From: Mobula hypostoma
Taxonomy: Eukaryota
Assembly: GCF_963921235.1 (NCBI RefSeq)
Contig: NC_086097.1
Location: forward strand, 146,694,001 to 146,758,000
Direction: 5' to 3'
DNA length: 64,000 nucleotides
Shown: positions 12,301 to 25,681 of the stretch, one piece after another
How positions within the stretch are numbered: position 1 is the first letter of the stretch
How the letters are laid out: each line of letters opens with the position of its first letter
Notes under the pieces: model-generated
The model's database searches: none
What the model saw: only the letters and a program-made list of their open reading frames with translations
Told to the model about the DNA's origin: nothing
Program-made: the position numbers and the translations under genes

Positions 12301-13949
12301 ACCTCCTCCCTGGTTGGCTGAACAGGCGATACTGTGCCATGAGAACGTGGTCCGTGCAAAACCAAAGCCACACAGTTCCCCTGCTATCAGTGTCACCAAA
12401 GGGCCAGTGAACCGAATTTGCAGGACTTTGCATTACCAGCGTTCTTCAGGATCTTGCGACCGCAAGAAAAACATTTAAGACAAACATTTGCACCTTTTGT
12501 TGGACCTGGAGAGGCTACTGTGAACACGCATGATACCATCTTACCATCAAGTTGATAGATGGTATCTGTTCTCTTTGTTACCAACAGTAAATTTAAAACA
12601 TTATTCTGTATTCTAATATCTTAAGATTTATATGCATAAAGAAAAGCCAATAGGTAACAACAAGCTTGTACCTTCCTCTAATTTGTCATTTACCATCACT
12701 CACTGTTTCTGTCCTTTAGCCAATTTGCTGTTCAAACTATCACTGATTCTCCTATTTCGCCTGCCTTTTATGTGGTTCATTGTCAAATATTTTCTTAAAA
12801 TCCATCAATATTCTTTTATTCTCTTCATCTGTTACTTCAAAAAGTAAAATAATTTGGTCAAGCTGATATGTATTTTACAAACTATTGTTGCCTGTCTTTA
12901 AGTAACTACAAATTCATCAAGAGGCATTAACTTTCCCTGATTATTGTTTCAAAAAAACTTACTCAATAGTGATGTTAAATGGATTGACCATAGTTATTTT
13001 GGCTATACTCTTTCTCTTGAACAAGTGGCATCCCATTTCCCTTTTCCAATCTTCCAGTATCTCCCAGGGATGATAATGGCATGAAATTTCACTGACCACT
13101 TCCTCTAACACCATCCCTTTTGCTGATACCTTCTTTCTTTAATACAAAGTTGTAAAGGCAGTGCCTATGGACCTAAACATATATTTTCATCTTTGTGCTC
13201 CTCCTTTTATTTCCCAATTAACACTTACATAACTGAAAAAATATTTTTAGTTTTCCAATTATATTAACTGATATACTATTCTCATATTTTCTCTTAATCA
13301 GCCTTATGTTCCTCTTCACTTCTCCTCTCAGCTTATTTTATGCCCTGTAACCTGGTTCTCACTTGGATGATTTCCGGAACTCAGCAGACCTCAAGCTAAA
13401 ATGATAATTTGATTTCTAACTCTGATGCTGCCTGACTTGCTGAAGATCATCATTTCCTGTTCTTGTTTCAGATCTTTCCTCCTATTTGTACTCTGTCTGG
13501 CAGGAACGGTAAGCAAGTCAAATTATGCTTCAGGAAATTGCTTTCAGAAAACTTCGGAATGGTATAAACTCTATTCCTAGTCTCATATCAGTACCAAGTT
13601 CCTCCTTTCTAATATAAACAGCTGATTACAATTGTAAACACCTTCTTAAGGACTGGTAAAGGTTTTAGCTCGCTCCATCAAACCACATCTGGTTTACTCA
13701 TTGTCCAGAATATCCTGCCAATCTTTCAAGTGTCTTTGAGTCTGAAAGCACAGGTTCTTTGGCCTACTTTGCCCACGCCAACTAACAAGTAGTCATCTAT
13801 ATTAATCCCACTTAACAGCACCCAGCCTATACCCTCTATATGCTGGCAAATCAAATAATTGTCTAGGTACTTAAATGTTGTGGGAGTACAACATACAGAG
13901 CAAGGGACAACAATGGTCTTCTTGAAGATCAGCATGGTCATCTATGCAT

Positions 13950-16225
13950 GGAGCCAAGATGGGAGAGATCTTAAATGGATTCTTTTGCATCTATTTACTC
14001 AGGAGCCTATAGAACTGAGGCAAAATAGCAGAGAGGTCATGGACAATATATGGACTACAAAGGAGGAGATGCTTGCTGTTTTGAGACATATTAAGGTGAT
14101 AAATCCCTAGGGTTTGATGAAGTGTGGCCTTGGACCTTGCGGGAGGCTAGTGCAGAAATTGCAGGGGCCACAGCAACTTAAAACATCCTTAGCCTGGGTG
14201 AGGTGCCAGAGGGTTGAGGATAGTTAATGTTGTTCCATTGTTTAAAAAAAGACTCTAAGAATAAACCAGGAAATTATAGGCCAGTGCGGCTGATATCAGT
14301 AGTGGGCAGTCTAATCACAAACATGAGAAAATCTGCAGATGCTGGAAATCCAAGCAATACACACAAAATACTGGAGGATCTCAGCAGGTCAGGCAGCGTC
14401 AATGGAAAAGAGTAAATAGTTGATGTTTTGGGCTGAGACCCTTCATCAGGACTGGAGAAAAAAGATGAGGTCAGAGTAGGAAGGTGGTGGGGTGGGGGTG
14501 GTGGAAGGGAGGAAGAAATACAAGGTAGTACGAGATAGTTGAAACAGCGGGGGGGGGAGAGATGAAGTAAATAGCTGTGAATTGATTGGTGAAACAGATG
14601 AAGGGCTGGAGAAGGGGGAATCTGAAAGGAGACGACAGAAGACCATGGAAGAAAGGGATGGGGTAGGAGCACCCAGGGGGAGTTAAGGAGATAAAGTGAG
14701 AAAGGGAAATGAGAATGAGAAATTGTGAAGGGTGGGGCATTACTGGAAGTTCAAGAAATTGATGTTCGTGCCATCAGTTTGGAGGCTACCCAGTCAGAAC
14801 ATAAGGTGTTGGTCCTCCACCCTGTGACCGCATCACAACAGTAGAGGAGCCATGGACTGACATGTTGGAATGGGAATGGGAAGTAGAATTAAAATGGGTG
14901 GCCACTTGGAGATCCCGTCCACCAGGAAAAACAGGATCTCCCATAGATGCTGCCTGGCCTGCTGAGTTCCTCCAGCATTTTGTGTGTCTTGATCAGTAGT
15001 GGGTAAGTTATTAGATGGTATTCTAAGGAACTGGATATATAAGTATTTGGATAGACAGGGACTAATTAGAGATAGTCAACATGGCTTTGTCTATCATAGG
15101 ATATGTCTAACCAATCTTATAGAGTTTTTTGATGAGTTTTCCGGTGAATTTGTTAAAGGAGAGGCAGTGGATGTTGTCTACATGGACTTTAGCAAGGCTT
15201 TTGACAAGGTCCCACATGGGAGATTGGTCAAGAAGCTTCAGTCATAGCATTCAGGATGAGGTAGTAAATTGGATTTGAAATTGGCTTTGTGGGAGAAGCT
15301 AGAAACTAGTAGTAGATGGTTGCGTCTCTAATGGAAGCCTGTGATTAGTGGTGTGCCACTGGGATCATTGCTGGATGTGTTGTTATTTGTTAGCTATGTT
15401 AATTATTTGTATGATATTGTGGTAAAATGGATCAGCAAATTTGTGGACGACACCAAGACTAGAGCCATAATGGACAGTGAGGAAGACTATCAAAGCTTCT
15501 AACAGGATCTGGACCAGCTGGAAAAATGGGCCGAAAATGGCAGATGAAATTGAATGCAGACAAGTACGTGGTGTTGTATTTTGGGAGGACTTACACGGTG
15601 AGTAATAGAACACTCTACGGTGTGGTAGAACAGAGATTTGGGTAAACAGATCCATAATTCATTGTAAGTGGCATAAAGAAAGCTTTTGGCATATTGCTAT
15701 TCATAAATCAATGTGTTGAGTGCAGTTGTTGGGATGTGATGTTGAAGTTGTGTAAGACGTTGCTGAGACCTAAATTGGAGTGTTGTGCATTTCTGCTCTT
15801 CTACCTACAGGAAAGATATCCCTAAGGTTGAAAGAGTACCGAGAAAGTTTACAAGCATGTTACTGGGACTTGAGTAATTGGACAAGTTATATAGGTTATC
15901 ACTTTATTCCCTGGAATGTAGGAGAATAAGGGGTGATTTCATAGAGGTGTAGATAAGGTAAACACAAGCAGGCTTTTAAACTGAGGTTGGGTGAGTTTAC
16001 GGGTTAAGGGTGAAAGGTGAAATGTTTAAGGGGATCCTAAGGAGGGATGTCTTCACTCAGAGGGGGATTAGAGCGTGATACAAGCTGTCGGTGGAAGTGG
16101 CGGATGCAGGTTTGATTTCAACATTCAAGAGAATTTTGGATAAGTACATGGATGGGAGAGGCATGGGGGCTAGATCGAGATGCAGGCCAATGGGTAGAAT
16201 AATATTTCTGCACAGACTAGATGGG
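13950..16225 (+). mobile_element. CR1 LINE ORF2 (RT) and 3' end, decayed, interrupted by a Penelope insertion
   Basis: KPGNYRPVRL, SQHGFV, VDVVYMDFSKAFDKVPHGRL; CR1-type 3' UTR to ~16225. Confidence 0.92.
14307..14991 (-). mobile_element. Penelope-like 3' fragment with pLTR plus a short inverted pLTR copy
   Basis: 12-bp TSD atcagtagtggg at 14295-14306 and 14992-15003; minus-strand pLTR ~14316-14455; GIY-YIG tail ~14750-14915; plus-strand pLTR piece ~14940-14990. Confidence 0.88.
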
Positions 16226-16231
16226 CCAAAA

Positions 16232-17645
16232 GTGCCAACATAAAAGCCAAAGAGAGGGCATAAAATAGAGCAAAAATTAGTGGAAAATTAGAGGATTGGA
16301 AAGCTATTAAATCCAAAAGTAAGTAACTAAAAAAGCCATTAAGAAGGGAAAAATGGAATACGAAAGTAAACTAGTCAATAATATTAACGAGAATATCAGA
16401 AGTTTATTCCGAAACATGAAGTGTAAAAGAGAGGCGAGAATGGATATCAGACCACTGAAAAATGATGCTGGATAGCTAGTAATGGGGGACAAGAAAATGG
16501 CAGACGAACTGAATAAATATTTTGTATCTGTCTACACTGTGGAAGTCACTAGCAGTATGAAGGAAGTTCCCGGTGTTAGGAGTTATGAAGTGTGTGAAGT
16601 TACCATAACTAGAGAGAATGTTCTTGGGAAACTGAAAGGCCTAAAGATAGGTAAGCCACCTGGACCAGATGGTGTACACCCAGTGTTCTGAAAGAGGTGG
16701 CTGAAGAGATTGTGGAGGCATTAGAAATGATCTTTCAAGAATCACTAGATTCTGGAATGGTTCCAGAAGACTGGAAAATTGCAAATGTCATTCTATTCTT
16801 CAAGAAGGGAGAGAGGCAGAAGAAAAGAAACTATAGGCCAGTTAGTCTGACCTCAGTGGTTGGGAAAATGTTGGAGTTGATTGTTAAGGATGAAGTCTCA
16901 GAGTACTTGGAGGCACCTGGTAAAAAAAGGCCATAGTCAGCATGCTTTCCTCAAGGTAAAATCCCGCCTGATAAATCTGTTGGTGTTCTTTGAAGAAATA
17001 ACAAGCAGGGTAGACAAAGGAGAATTGGTTGATGTGGTGTAATTGGATTTTCAGAAGGCATTTGACAAGGTGCCACATATGAGGCTGCTTAACAAGCTAC
17101 AAGCCCATGGTATTACAGGAGAGTTTTTAGCATGGATGAAGCAGTGGCTGACTGGCAGGAGGCAAAGGGTGGAAATAAAGGGAGCCTTTTCTGGTTGGCT
17201 CATGGTGCCTAGTGGTGTTCCACAGGGGTCTGTGTAGGGACCAATTCTTCTTATGTTTTATGTCAATGACGTGGATGATGGAATTGATGGCTTTGTTGCC
17301 AAGTTTGTAGATGATATGAAGATAGGTGGAGTGGCATGTAATTTGGAGGAGGAAGAGAGGCTACAGAAGGACTTAGTTTAGGAGAAAGGGCAAAGAAGTG
17401 GCAGATGGAATACAGTGTCAGGAAGTGTATGGTCATGCACTTTGGTGGAAGACATGAAGGTGTTGACTATTTTCTAAATGGAGAGAAAATACTTAAATTT
17501 GAGGTGTAAAGAGACTTAGGAGTCCTTGTGTAGGATTCCCTAAAGGTTAATTTGCAAGTTGAGTCTGTGGTGAGAAAGGCAAATGCAATGTGAGCATTCA
17601 TTTCAAGTGGACTAAACTATAAAAGCAAGAATGTAATGTTGAGAC
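16232..17645 (+). mobile_element. CR1 LINE ORF2 fragment (second subfamily)
   Basis: VPEDWKIANV, NYRPVSLTSVVGK, DFQKAFDKVPH, SGVPQGSV; closely similar to ~47250-48620. Confidence 0.95.
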
Positions 17646-17649
17646 TTTG

Positions 17650-18035
17650 GAGCACAGCAGGATGAGAAATGACTTAATAATGGAGTGTAAGATGATAAGA
17701 GTCATAGTTAGAATGAATAGCCAACTCCATTTCCCCACAGTGATAATACTCTATATAATATGAGAGGAGTTAAATTAAGGTGATTGGAGAAAGTAAATGC
17801 GGGATGTCAGAGAAAGGTTTTTTTTCACACAGGGATTGGTGGCTGTATGGAACATGCTGCTGGACTTGGTGGTAGAGGCAGATATACTAAGGACATTCAA
17901 GAGAAAGGAAAATTGAGGACTATGCAGGAGGGAAGCTTCAGATTGAATTTGGAATAGGTTAAAAGGTTGGCACAACATTGTGGGGTTGTAGGGCCTGTAC
18001 TGTGATATACTGTTCTATGTTCTATGTTCGATCTA
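17650..18035 (+). mobile_element. CR1 3' end (different, older copy)
   Basis: ttttttcacacagggattggtgg motif and (TTCTATG)n tail at ~18012-18037. Confidence 0.8.
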
Positions 18036-18810
18036 TGCTCTTCATAACTCTGTATACCTCTACCAGGTCCCCTCTCAGCCTCCTTGGTCCAAGGAAAACA
18101 AAGAGCATTCATTCAACACTCTGGATGTTGGACGTTGCAAGGCTATTTTTTTCTGAAAGATGAGGCTTTTGCAGTCTCTGTTTATTCTTAATTTTTACAA
18201 ATATCTTTCTATATCATTAACATTATTTGACCATTTCTGATGATGAGCATGATAATAATCAAATTATTCCCACCTTGCTAGATATCAGACTGCATGGTTG
18301 AATCAGATTAAGAAAGCAATTTTGTCCACTTGACATGATTTTCTCAGAATATTAATTGTACTCTCTCCCATGACAGCACTGAGTCTTCTATTTCAACAGT
18401 TTTGATGTCACAACACAGCAATGTATTCTGGTCCTTAATCACTTCCTGAGTTAATAAATATTATGGCTCAGTAATTCTGAGTAGTTCATCTCTATCTGTC
18501 CAACACAATAGAATTTTGTCTTGTAACTAATTGTGTGATGAAAATTGGTGATTATACTTCTGTGAATTTCCTTACAGGTTCTCCATGAGTTTGGTATACT
18601 GAGGTGTGAAGCATCAGGATATTTTCAGAGTCAAGAAAGGGAGCGTAACACTTTTGGACAGTACTTCAAAGATGTTAAACTGTGCATTTGTGGCCTGTAA
18701 ACAGCCAGGAGCCATCGATTACAGACATAGGCCTTCATGAAGGAATTGATAGGGAATTCAGTGAGATCCAAATAGGACCAGTATGACCAAGTTAGTGGCA
18801 ATGGAAATCA

Positions 18811-19160
18811 CGTTACAAAGACTGCCTGAAAGCGTCCCTCAAAGGCCTGGGCGTCGACATCAACACGTGGGAGACGCTTGCCCTCAACCGTCCAGCTTGG
18901 CGTAGCAAGATCACCACAGGAGCCCGTGCAGCTGAAGTCAGGCGCATCATCGAGGCGCAACGAAAGCGTGCTGTGCGCAAGGCCCGAGCAGCATCCACTG
19001 CCACGACAGCACCCACCCACTTGTGTCCCACATGTGGGCGAGCCTTCAGGGCCCGGATTGGCCTCATCAGTCACCTCCGGACCCACAGCCACCAATCTCC
19101 CATTTGACTTTGAAGCCATGGTCATCTTCGACTACGAAGGACGAACAACAACAACAACAG
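18811..19160 (+). mobile_element. Young 5'-truncated RTE-type LINE 3' end with C2H2 zinc finger
   Basis: Open frame 18811-19107 reads RYKDCLKASLK...WETLALNRPAWR...CPTCGRAFRARIGLISHLRTH; (ACA)n tail at ~19145-19160; CpG-rich. Confidence 0.9.
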
Positions 19161-19299
19161 ATTAAATACTTACCCTTTGTGTGGGCCTTCCTTGGGACCC
19201 TTCAACTGGGCAGTTGCTCACTTGCATTCTTGACCAGGTCCTTGTCAACCACCACAATATATCAATTTTCAACTTCTTCCCCTCTCCACCACTTAGCAA

Positions 19300-20000
19300 G
19301 TACCTCCACCTCCACTAACTACTGCATTCTCTTGACATTTCCCACGTACTGTAGCTGCAGGAGGTGTAACACTTGCTCTATCTCTTTCCTTTCTATCTTC
19401 CGGAGACCCAAGTTGTAAGTTCAGCTATTTTCAGTGAATTGCATTCAGTTCTCACCATCTATCTTCCTCTTTGTTGGTGATTGATGACCTTCCTTTGCAG
19501 AACACTTGAATTCAGTCCACAAGGGTGGCTATGAGCTTCTGGTTGCTTGCAGTTTCAACTACTTATATGATTCCCTCGCTTATCCGTTAACCTTTGACCT
19601 CTCACCTCAAAGCCCAATGGATGCTTGAGGAGCAGCACTTCATCTTCTATACGGGCACAGTTCAGCCTTTGGGGCTCAATATTACATTCAACAATTTTAG
19701 TTAATTTGTCTATATTTTTATTGATACTAGATACTGCTGTTACCTTTTTTTCTTATACCCCTTTTCAATGCAGTCCTGATATGGCCACATTTAAAACAAT
19801 GGCTACCTTGACAACGTTGGTCTGCACTCTCTATTCCTTCTCTCTCTGCAACTTTATAGATTTATTTTTTGACTTTTCCAAATTTGCAGAAGGATTATTG
19901 AACTGATAACTATCGTTTCCTCTGAAACATTGACTCCATTTTTTACTCTGTAGATGCTACCTGATCTGCTGAGTATTTCCAGCATTTTCTGTTTTGGCTT
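19300..20000 (+). mobile_element. Old Penelope-like 3' remnant
   Basis: Decayed counterpart of 36940-37690; ends tagatgctacctgatctgctgagtatttccagcatttt. Confidence 0.6.
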
Positions 20001-20019
20001 AAAGAACTGCTTTCTTTGC

Positions 20020-20422
20020 AATAACACACACAAAATGCTGGAGGAACTTTGCAGGTCTGGCCACACCTATGGAGGGGAATGAGGATGAGAGTCTTCATCA
20101 AGACTGGAATGGAAGGGGGAAGAAGCCAGAATAAGAAGGTGGGGGGAAGGGAAGGAGTACAAAGAAGATGGGTGAAGCCAAGTGGGTGCAGAAGGGAGAT
20201 GAAGTAAAAAGCTGGGAGGTGATAGGTGTGAAAGGTAAATGGCTGGAGAAGAAGGAATCTAATAGGATAGGAGAGTGGATCATAGGAAAGGGAAGGAGGA
20301 GGTGATAGGCAGGTGAGGAGAGAAGGCAAGCAGAGCAGATTGTGGAATTGAAGAATAGAGGAGGGAGGAGGGTGAAAATTATTGGATATTGGAGAAATTG
20401 ACGTTTATGCCACCAGGTTGGA
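20020..20422 (-). mobile_element. Penelope-like 3' end / pLTR
   Basis: acacacacaaaatgctggaggaact..., then a purine-rich UTR and gttgacgtttatgccaccaggttgg, as at 14340-14790. Confidence 0.8.
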
Positions 20423-20529
20423 GTAAGTTGTTTTGAGATGTCCGAAGGTCACCAAATATGCTGACTAAAATAAAATCTGCCTTTCCCTTTTATCATTAGT
20501 AAAGCATCACTCTTTTGAATTGTTTTCTG

Positions 20530-21480
20530 TGGTAAAGAAAGTGGATGGCATTCTTGGCCTCTTTGATTGGGGTTCTGGTTATGAAAATTGGGAAGTCTAG
20601 ATGAAGGGACTTGGCCCAAATTGTTCACTCTTTATTCCTTTCCATAGTGCTGCCTGACTTGCTGAGTTACTCCAGCATTTTGTGTGTGTTACTCTGGATT
20701 TCCAGCATCTGCAGAATCCTTTGTGTTTACGTCATGTTGCAGCTGTATATCACTTTGGTTAGGTCACACTTGCATGCAGTTCTGGTCTCCCTCATTTCCA
20801 GAAGGGCACAAAGGCTTTGCAGAGGCTGAGAAAGAGTTTGTCAGGATGTTGCCTGGATCAGAGATCTTTAGGTGTGAGGAGAGCATCAAAAAATTTGAAT
20901 GGTTTTCTCTGGAGTGTCAAAGGTTGAGAGGTGAATAAATAGAAATATATAAAATTATGAACACAAGAAAATCTGCAGATGCTGGAAATCCAGAGGAACA
21001 CACAGAAAATGCTGAAGGAACTCAGCAAGTCAGGAAGCATCTATGAAAAAGAGTAAGCTGTTGTCATATCAGGCCGAGACCTTCAGCAGTCTTGTTGAAT
21101 GATCTCGGCTTGAAACATCGACTTATTATTCATTATGCTGCCTGATCTGTTGAGTTCCTCCAGTGTCTTGTGTATGTTGCTATAAAATTATGAGAAGCAT
21201 AGGTAGGGTAGATAGAGTATTTTTCCTAGGGTGGATCTGGAGGGATGGCTTTTGGGTGAGAAGGGGAAAGTTTAAAGGAGGTTTATGAGATAAGTTTTTT
21301 TACACAGTGGTAGGTGCCTGGAAGCAGTGTATAAGAAACACTGAGGCAGGAATATGGACAGGCAAAGAATGGAAGGATATAGAACACATGCAGGCAGATG
21401 GGATTACATTACATTGACATCATAGTTGGCACAGTTGTCCTGGGCCAAAGAGCCTGTTCTTGTGCTATGTTCTGTGTTTT
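20530..21480 (+). mobile_element. Old CR1 3' fragment with two nested pLTR insertions
   Basis: MLQLYITLVRSHL, MQFWSP, RMLPG; inserts at ~20595-20730 and 20961-21180. Confidence 0.8.
20961..21180. mobile_element. Fold-back (inverted pair) Penelope pLTR mini-insertion
   Basis: 13-bp TSD tataaaattatga at 20948-20960 and 21181-21193; left arm is a minus pLTR, right arm a plus pLTR. Confidence 0.85.
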
Positions 21481-22254
21481 ATAGTCCTAATATTCTGTGC
21501 ACATGCAAGAAGAGAATTTTTGTTCATCCAGATTTTCAGGCTGGGTGTCATATGATTGCAGTGAAGACTTAATTGGTTTTCTTCAGGGTTATTAGTTCAT
21601 TTATGATGATTGTTCATTTTTTAAGAGCAAGATTGTCTTCACACTGATTAATTCATCATTCCATGAAATGGCAGTGAGCAATCATGTCACTTCTTTAGGG
21701 GCACTGAACCCTTTCTCCAAGCAGCAGGTTTGCTGATTGCCTCTCTATTGACACAGCTGTCTTGAAACCATGTTGATAATGTTATTTCATGAATCGTGTG
21801 GCTGCATATAATTCACTTTATCAGTGGTAGCATATTTATACATCAGCAACTTTTGGGATTATCAGTGTCCACCACTGCACTACTTTGTATTTATTTTTAT
21901 TTTTATTGCACTCTTGCTTTTAGTTACGCTGGCCTGCTTTGCTCCCATGTGTATTTGCTGAATTCCTTTCCACTTGAACAGATTTATCAGCAACTCCTTT
22001 CCTTGTAAGGCCAGAGAAGCATTTAATTCCAATTTACCATCCAAAATATTTGTTTCATTCAGTCTTGCTTCAACCCTTCCATTTCCTATCTTTCCTTCAG
22101 CTATCCTCCACTTTATACAGCAATCATTTATTTTTTCTAGAAATGTACTTTGCAAGATTCAAACTAACTGTAATGATAATTTTTTAACTTATTACACTTT
22201 TTTATTGTCATAAATCAATTGAACGCAAAAATAGCTTTTGGAAGCATTTCTCAC

Positions 22255-22825
22255 AGGTTTAAACAGTGAAGGTTATCAAAAATTACAGGGCAATCTTGAT
22301 GAGCTAGGTAAGGGGACTGAGGAATATGAAATGATGTTCATTTCAGCTTAATGTAAGGTGTTGTATTTTGGGAACTCAAACCAAGGTAGGACTTTCACAA
22401 TGAATGGTAGAGCCCTGGCGTATGTGATAGAAAAGAGGGACCTTGGAGTACATGTACATAGTTGACAGAATTTGCCATCATAGGTAGACAAGTTGCTGAA
22501 GAAGGAGTTTGCTGCACTGGACTTCATCAGTCTGGGTAATGAGATAGGAGTTGGGACATCATGTTGCTGTTTAACAAGATGTTTTTCGAGGCCACACCTA
22601 GGGTCTTGTGAAAAGTTTTGGATATCTTGTTACAGGAAAGATCTCATTAAGCATTTATGAGAATGTTGCCAGGACATGAGAGCCACAGTTATAGGAAGAG
22701 GTTGTGCAAGCTAGGACTTTATTCCTCAGAGCAGAGATGATGTTATAGTTATAAATAAAATCCTAAGGGCATAAATGGGGGAAAGCTTGCTATGAAAAAG
22801 AAATCAAAGCTAGAACACATAGTTT
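22255..22825 (+). mobile_element. Decayed CR1 ORF2 3' fragment
   Basis: Nucleotide similarity to 10690-11240 (aaggtgttgtattttggg, gagggaccttggagtaca, gaatgttgccagg). Confidence 0.75.
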
Positions 22826-22829
22826 GAAG

Positions 22830-23150
22830 GTTAGACTGCCCCTAATCAGGTCATGCCTTACCAAATGTGCATAAATCCTATCCCTCAGTATCCTCTCCAA
22901 TAGATTACCTACCTTTGACATGAGCCACACTGACCTAGAATTACCTGGGTTGTAACAATTTACTTTCTTGGATAAAGGCACAACATTTGCCTCTCTCCTG
23001 TCCTCTGAGACTTCACCTGTTGATAATGAAGACAAAATGATCTTCATCAAAGCCCCAGAAATCTCACTTGCTTCTTTCAATATTCTGGGCTATATGCCAT
23101 CAGACCCTAAGGACTTATCGACATTATGTTTTTCAGGAGGCCCAGCATTA
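22830..23150 (-). mobile_element. CR1 RT fragment, opposite orientation
   Basis: ORF 22790..23080: TGEVSEDRREANVVPLSKK...NPGNSRSV...ERILRDRIYAHL. Confidence 0.85.
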
Positions 23151-25681
23151 ACAGAATCTTGTACATTGGAATATACTGAATTTGGAAGTCTTAATTTTCC
23201 ATATTAATCATTTTGGATTTAGTTTCTCACCTTCTCAAAAAGAACATTTTTTTCTAGAAACTTATTGCATATTGATTGTAATGAATGAATGTTGTAAGGA
23301 AAATTGGATGTTTAGTGCAAGAACCAGAAGTGAATTTCTTTGGACTGTTTGTACGGATGGTTCATTAAATTAACACAAGAAATTATGTGCAGTCTACATA
23401 AAAAGAACTTCAACAACATATTGAAATGGCAGTTAGTATTGCTGTGTTACCACTGTCGGGACCTCCGTTGCAGTTTGGGGTTTGCACATTCTGTCTGTGA
23501 CTGTATGGATTCTCTCATCCCATTGTTCCCGTTTCCTCCCAGTCCCAAAGTCATGCTGGCAGGATTATCTCCCACTGTGCTTCCCTTATTGTGGTGTGTA
23601 GTGTGTTTCTTTACTTTAGTCTATGCTCGTGAGAATGAATAGTTCAGAGGGAAATAACAGGGTCTGAAACAGATCAGAATATCCTGTGATTCAGCAAGAC
23701 TTAATGAACTGAACAGCCTTCCTCCAGTTATAAGAAAATGTAAGTATAGGAAACTGAAAGAAAATTAAAATAGATCCAGTAGAGCACATTTCAATTCCAC
23801 TTGCCTGTACCATTATACAATTATATTATGACCAATATGTACTTCAACTGCATTTGCTCGTTTTCCTACATGTTGTTTAATACACTCACATGACAAATAC
23901 TCACCAGTCTCAGACTAGTCATCAGCTGTAGCATTTTAAGAAGAAGTTTATGGTAATGGGAGTTCAAAGGAGTGGGCTAATCTGGTGACTCTTTCAAAGA
24001 GTCGGTACTGGTAAGATGGACCAAAGAGCCTTTGGTATGATTGTGAATAGTTTGTTAATTACAGGAAGGCAGGGCAGGGTAGTATTGATGATCACTGTAT
24101 TGGGAAAACTATTCAGAAATTCCAGTATCATGAAAGTTCTCCAGAATTTAATATTACTGTATTAACATTTTAAAATTTACTTTTCAACCCATCAGTAGCA
24201 GATACAAGAGTGGGAAGCCCAGCAGGAGTGAACTATAACTGGGATTATTGGAAATACTTCTTGATAACCAGGAATGACTGAGATGCAGATGTGATACTTG
24301 GCTATCATAACACTGATTTAAATGTTCAGTTGTGGAGTCCTTCTCCTTTATGATGGGACAATAGCACAACATGCAACGTCCTTCTGAAAAGTGGCAGGAG
24401 GCATTTTGTAATTTTTAAATTTTAGTTTCCTTTCTCTTTGACATGGGTGGGTTGTAACTTTTGACCTTGATGCTTCTCCGGTTCTCTGCTGATCAGTTTA
24501 TATTTGTTGAAGCATTCCATTGCTTTGATCTGGCTTATAATACTCAAAAACTCTAGCAGCTGGAAGGCACAAAAAATTGTGGGAAAAACTGGAGTTATGT
24601 AACACACAACTGGCTGGTTGCTTTTTAACATAGCCAGTGCATTACCATGCTATATTCAGATTACAGACAACTTCTAAGGGGGCATGATATTAAAATTTGC
24701 CAGTCATGGAAGTTGAAACATGCAGTGAAGGGATTAAAAAAACCCAGGTAATCGAAGGTTGCCACCTTCTTCAGTAACATTACACTATATATGCTCCCGA
24801 GCCTGGAGAGATAGTGGTAGATACTCTTTGTTATGGTGTAGGATGAAAGCGGATAACATAATGAAAGCCTGATTAAAAGTAACTGGGAGACCAGTCCTAA
24901 ATTCAAATGTCCAAAGTGTTTCAGTGGCCTTTTCAGGGGAGCGTTAGGCCTCGTTCTGATGGACATTTAATCCCCTCATTCTGCCTTTTACTGTGAACTG
25001 AAGCAATTCACCTATTATGATAATTATCATATAGGTGAGCCCACATTTCTGGTGTGCACTTACTCACAAACCACATGCACCCATACACCTCAATATCCTC
25101 TTTTGTCATGTTTATCCTTCACCCGTTGCTCTCTATTCACTAGCTGAAAATCGTGTTATTCTCATTTGGAGATCTCTTCATCCCCCTTTTGCAGGAACAG
25201 AATGCTGCTTATCACAGAGAGGCAGGGAACCAGAGGTGGCTACAGCCAACCCTCAGTTGACAGTTGGAGAGTGGTGAAGGTTATTCCTGCCTGACTGTTG
25301 CAGTACTGGGAAACAGGTTTTTCTTCCCGAATTAAACATCAACCAGTCAAGAGCCATAAAATATTTAGTCATATAGACATACTGCCAGCAACCACTGAAA
25401 TGTTTTCAATGCTAACTTCAATTATTCTTGTCTTTAAAATAGGCTTCCATGTTTTTTATATGTCATAAGGTCATAAGGTTTTCATAGGTGCATGAAGCAC
25501 TCGCTATAGATATTATGGTGGGAACTTCTGGCGGTTCCAACGATGGCAACTCCTCAGATAAGCTGCATCCTTCTGAGTGTGCCCTGTCTAAGGACCAACA
25601 ACAAGCACAGGAATCACAAGAAGCCTTCTCGGAGGAAGAATGGTTTGAATGAGTGTATTTATTAATATGACTAGTACCCTC

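Noticed and set aside
11989..12478. GC-rich overlapping ORFs of 123-136 aa
   Set aside because: Low-complexity Pro/Gly content inside a Rex1-derived repeat; no sign of a host gene.
13455..13515. Possible micro-exon (ttcttgtttcag...gaacg/gtaagc), and similar isolated splice-like sites at ~9517, ~11710, ~18577 and ~27546
   Set aside because: Such sites are common by chance, this one overlaps a decayed pLTR end, and no consistent reading frame links them.
22255..23150. Adjacent CR1 pieces in opposite orientation as a twin-priming inversion
   Set aside because: They meet tail to tail and no shared TSD was found; independent insertions or a later rearrangement are equally likely.
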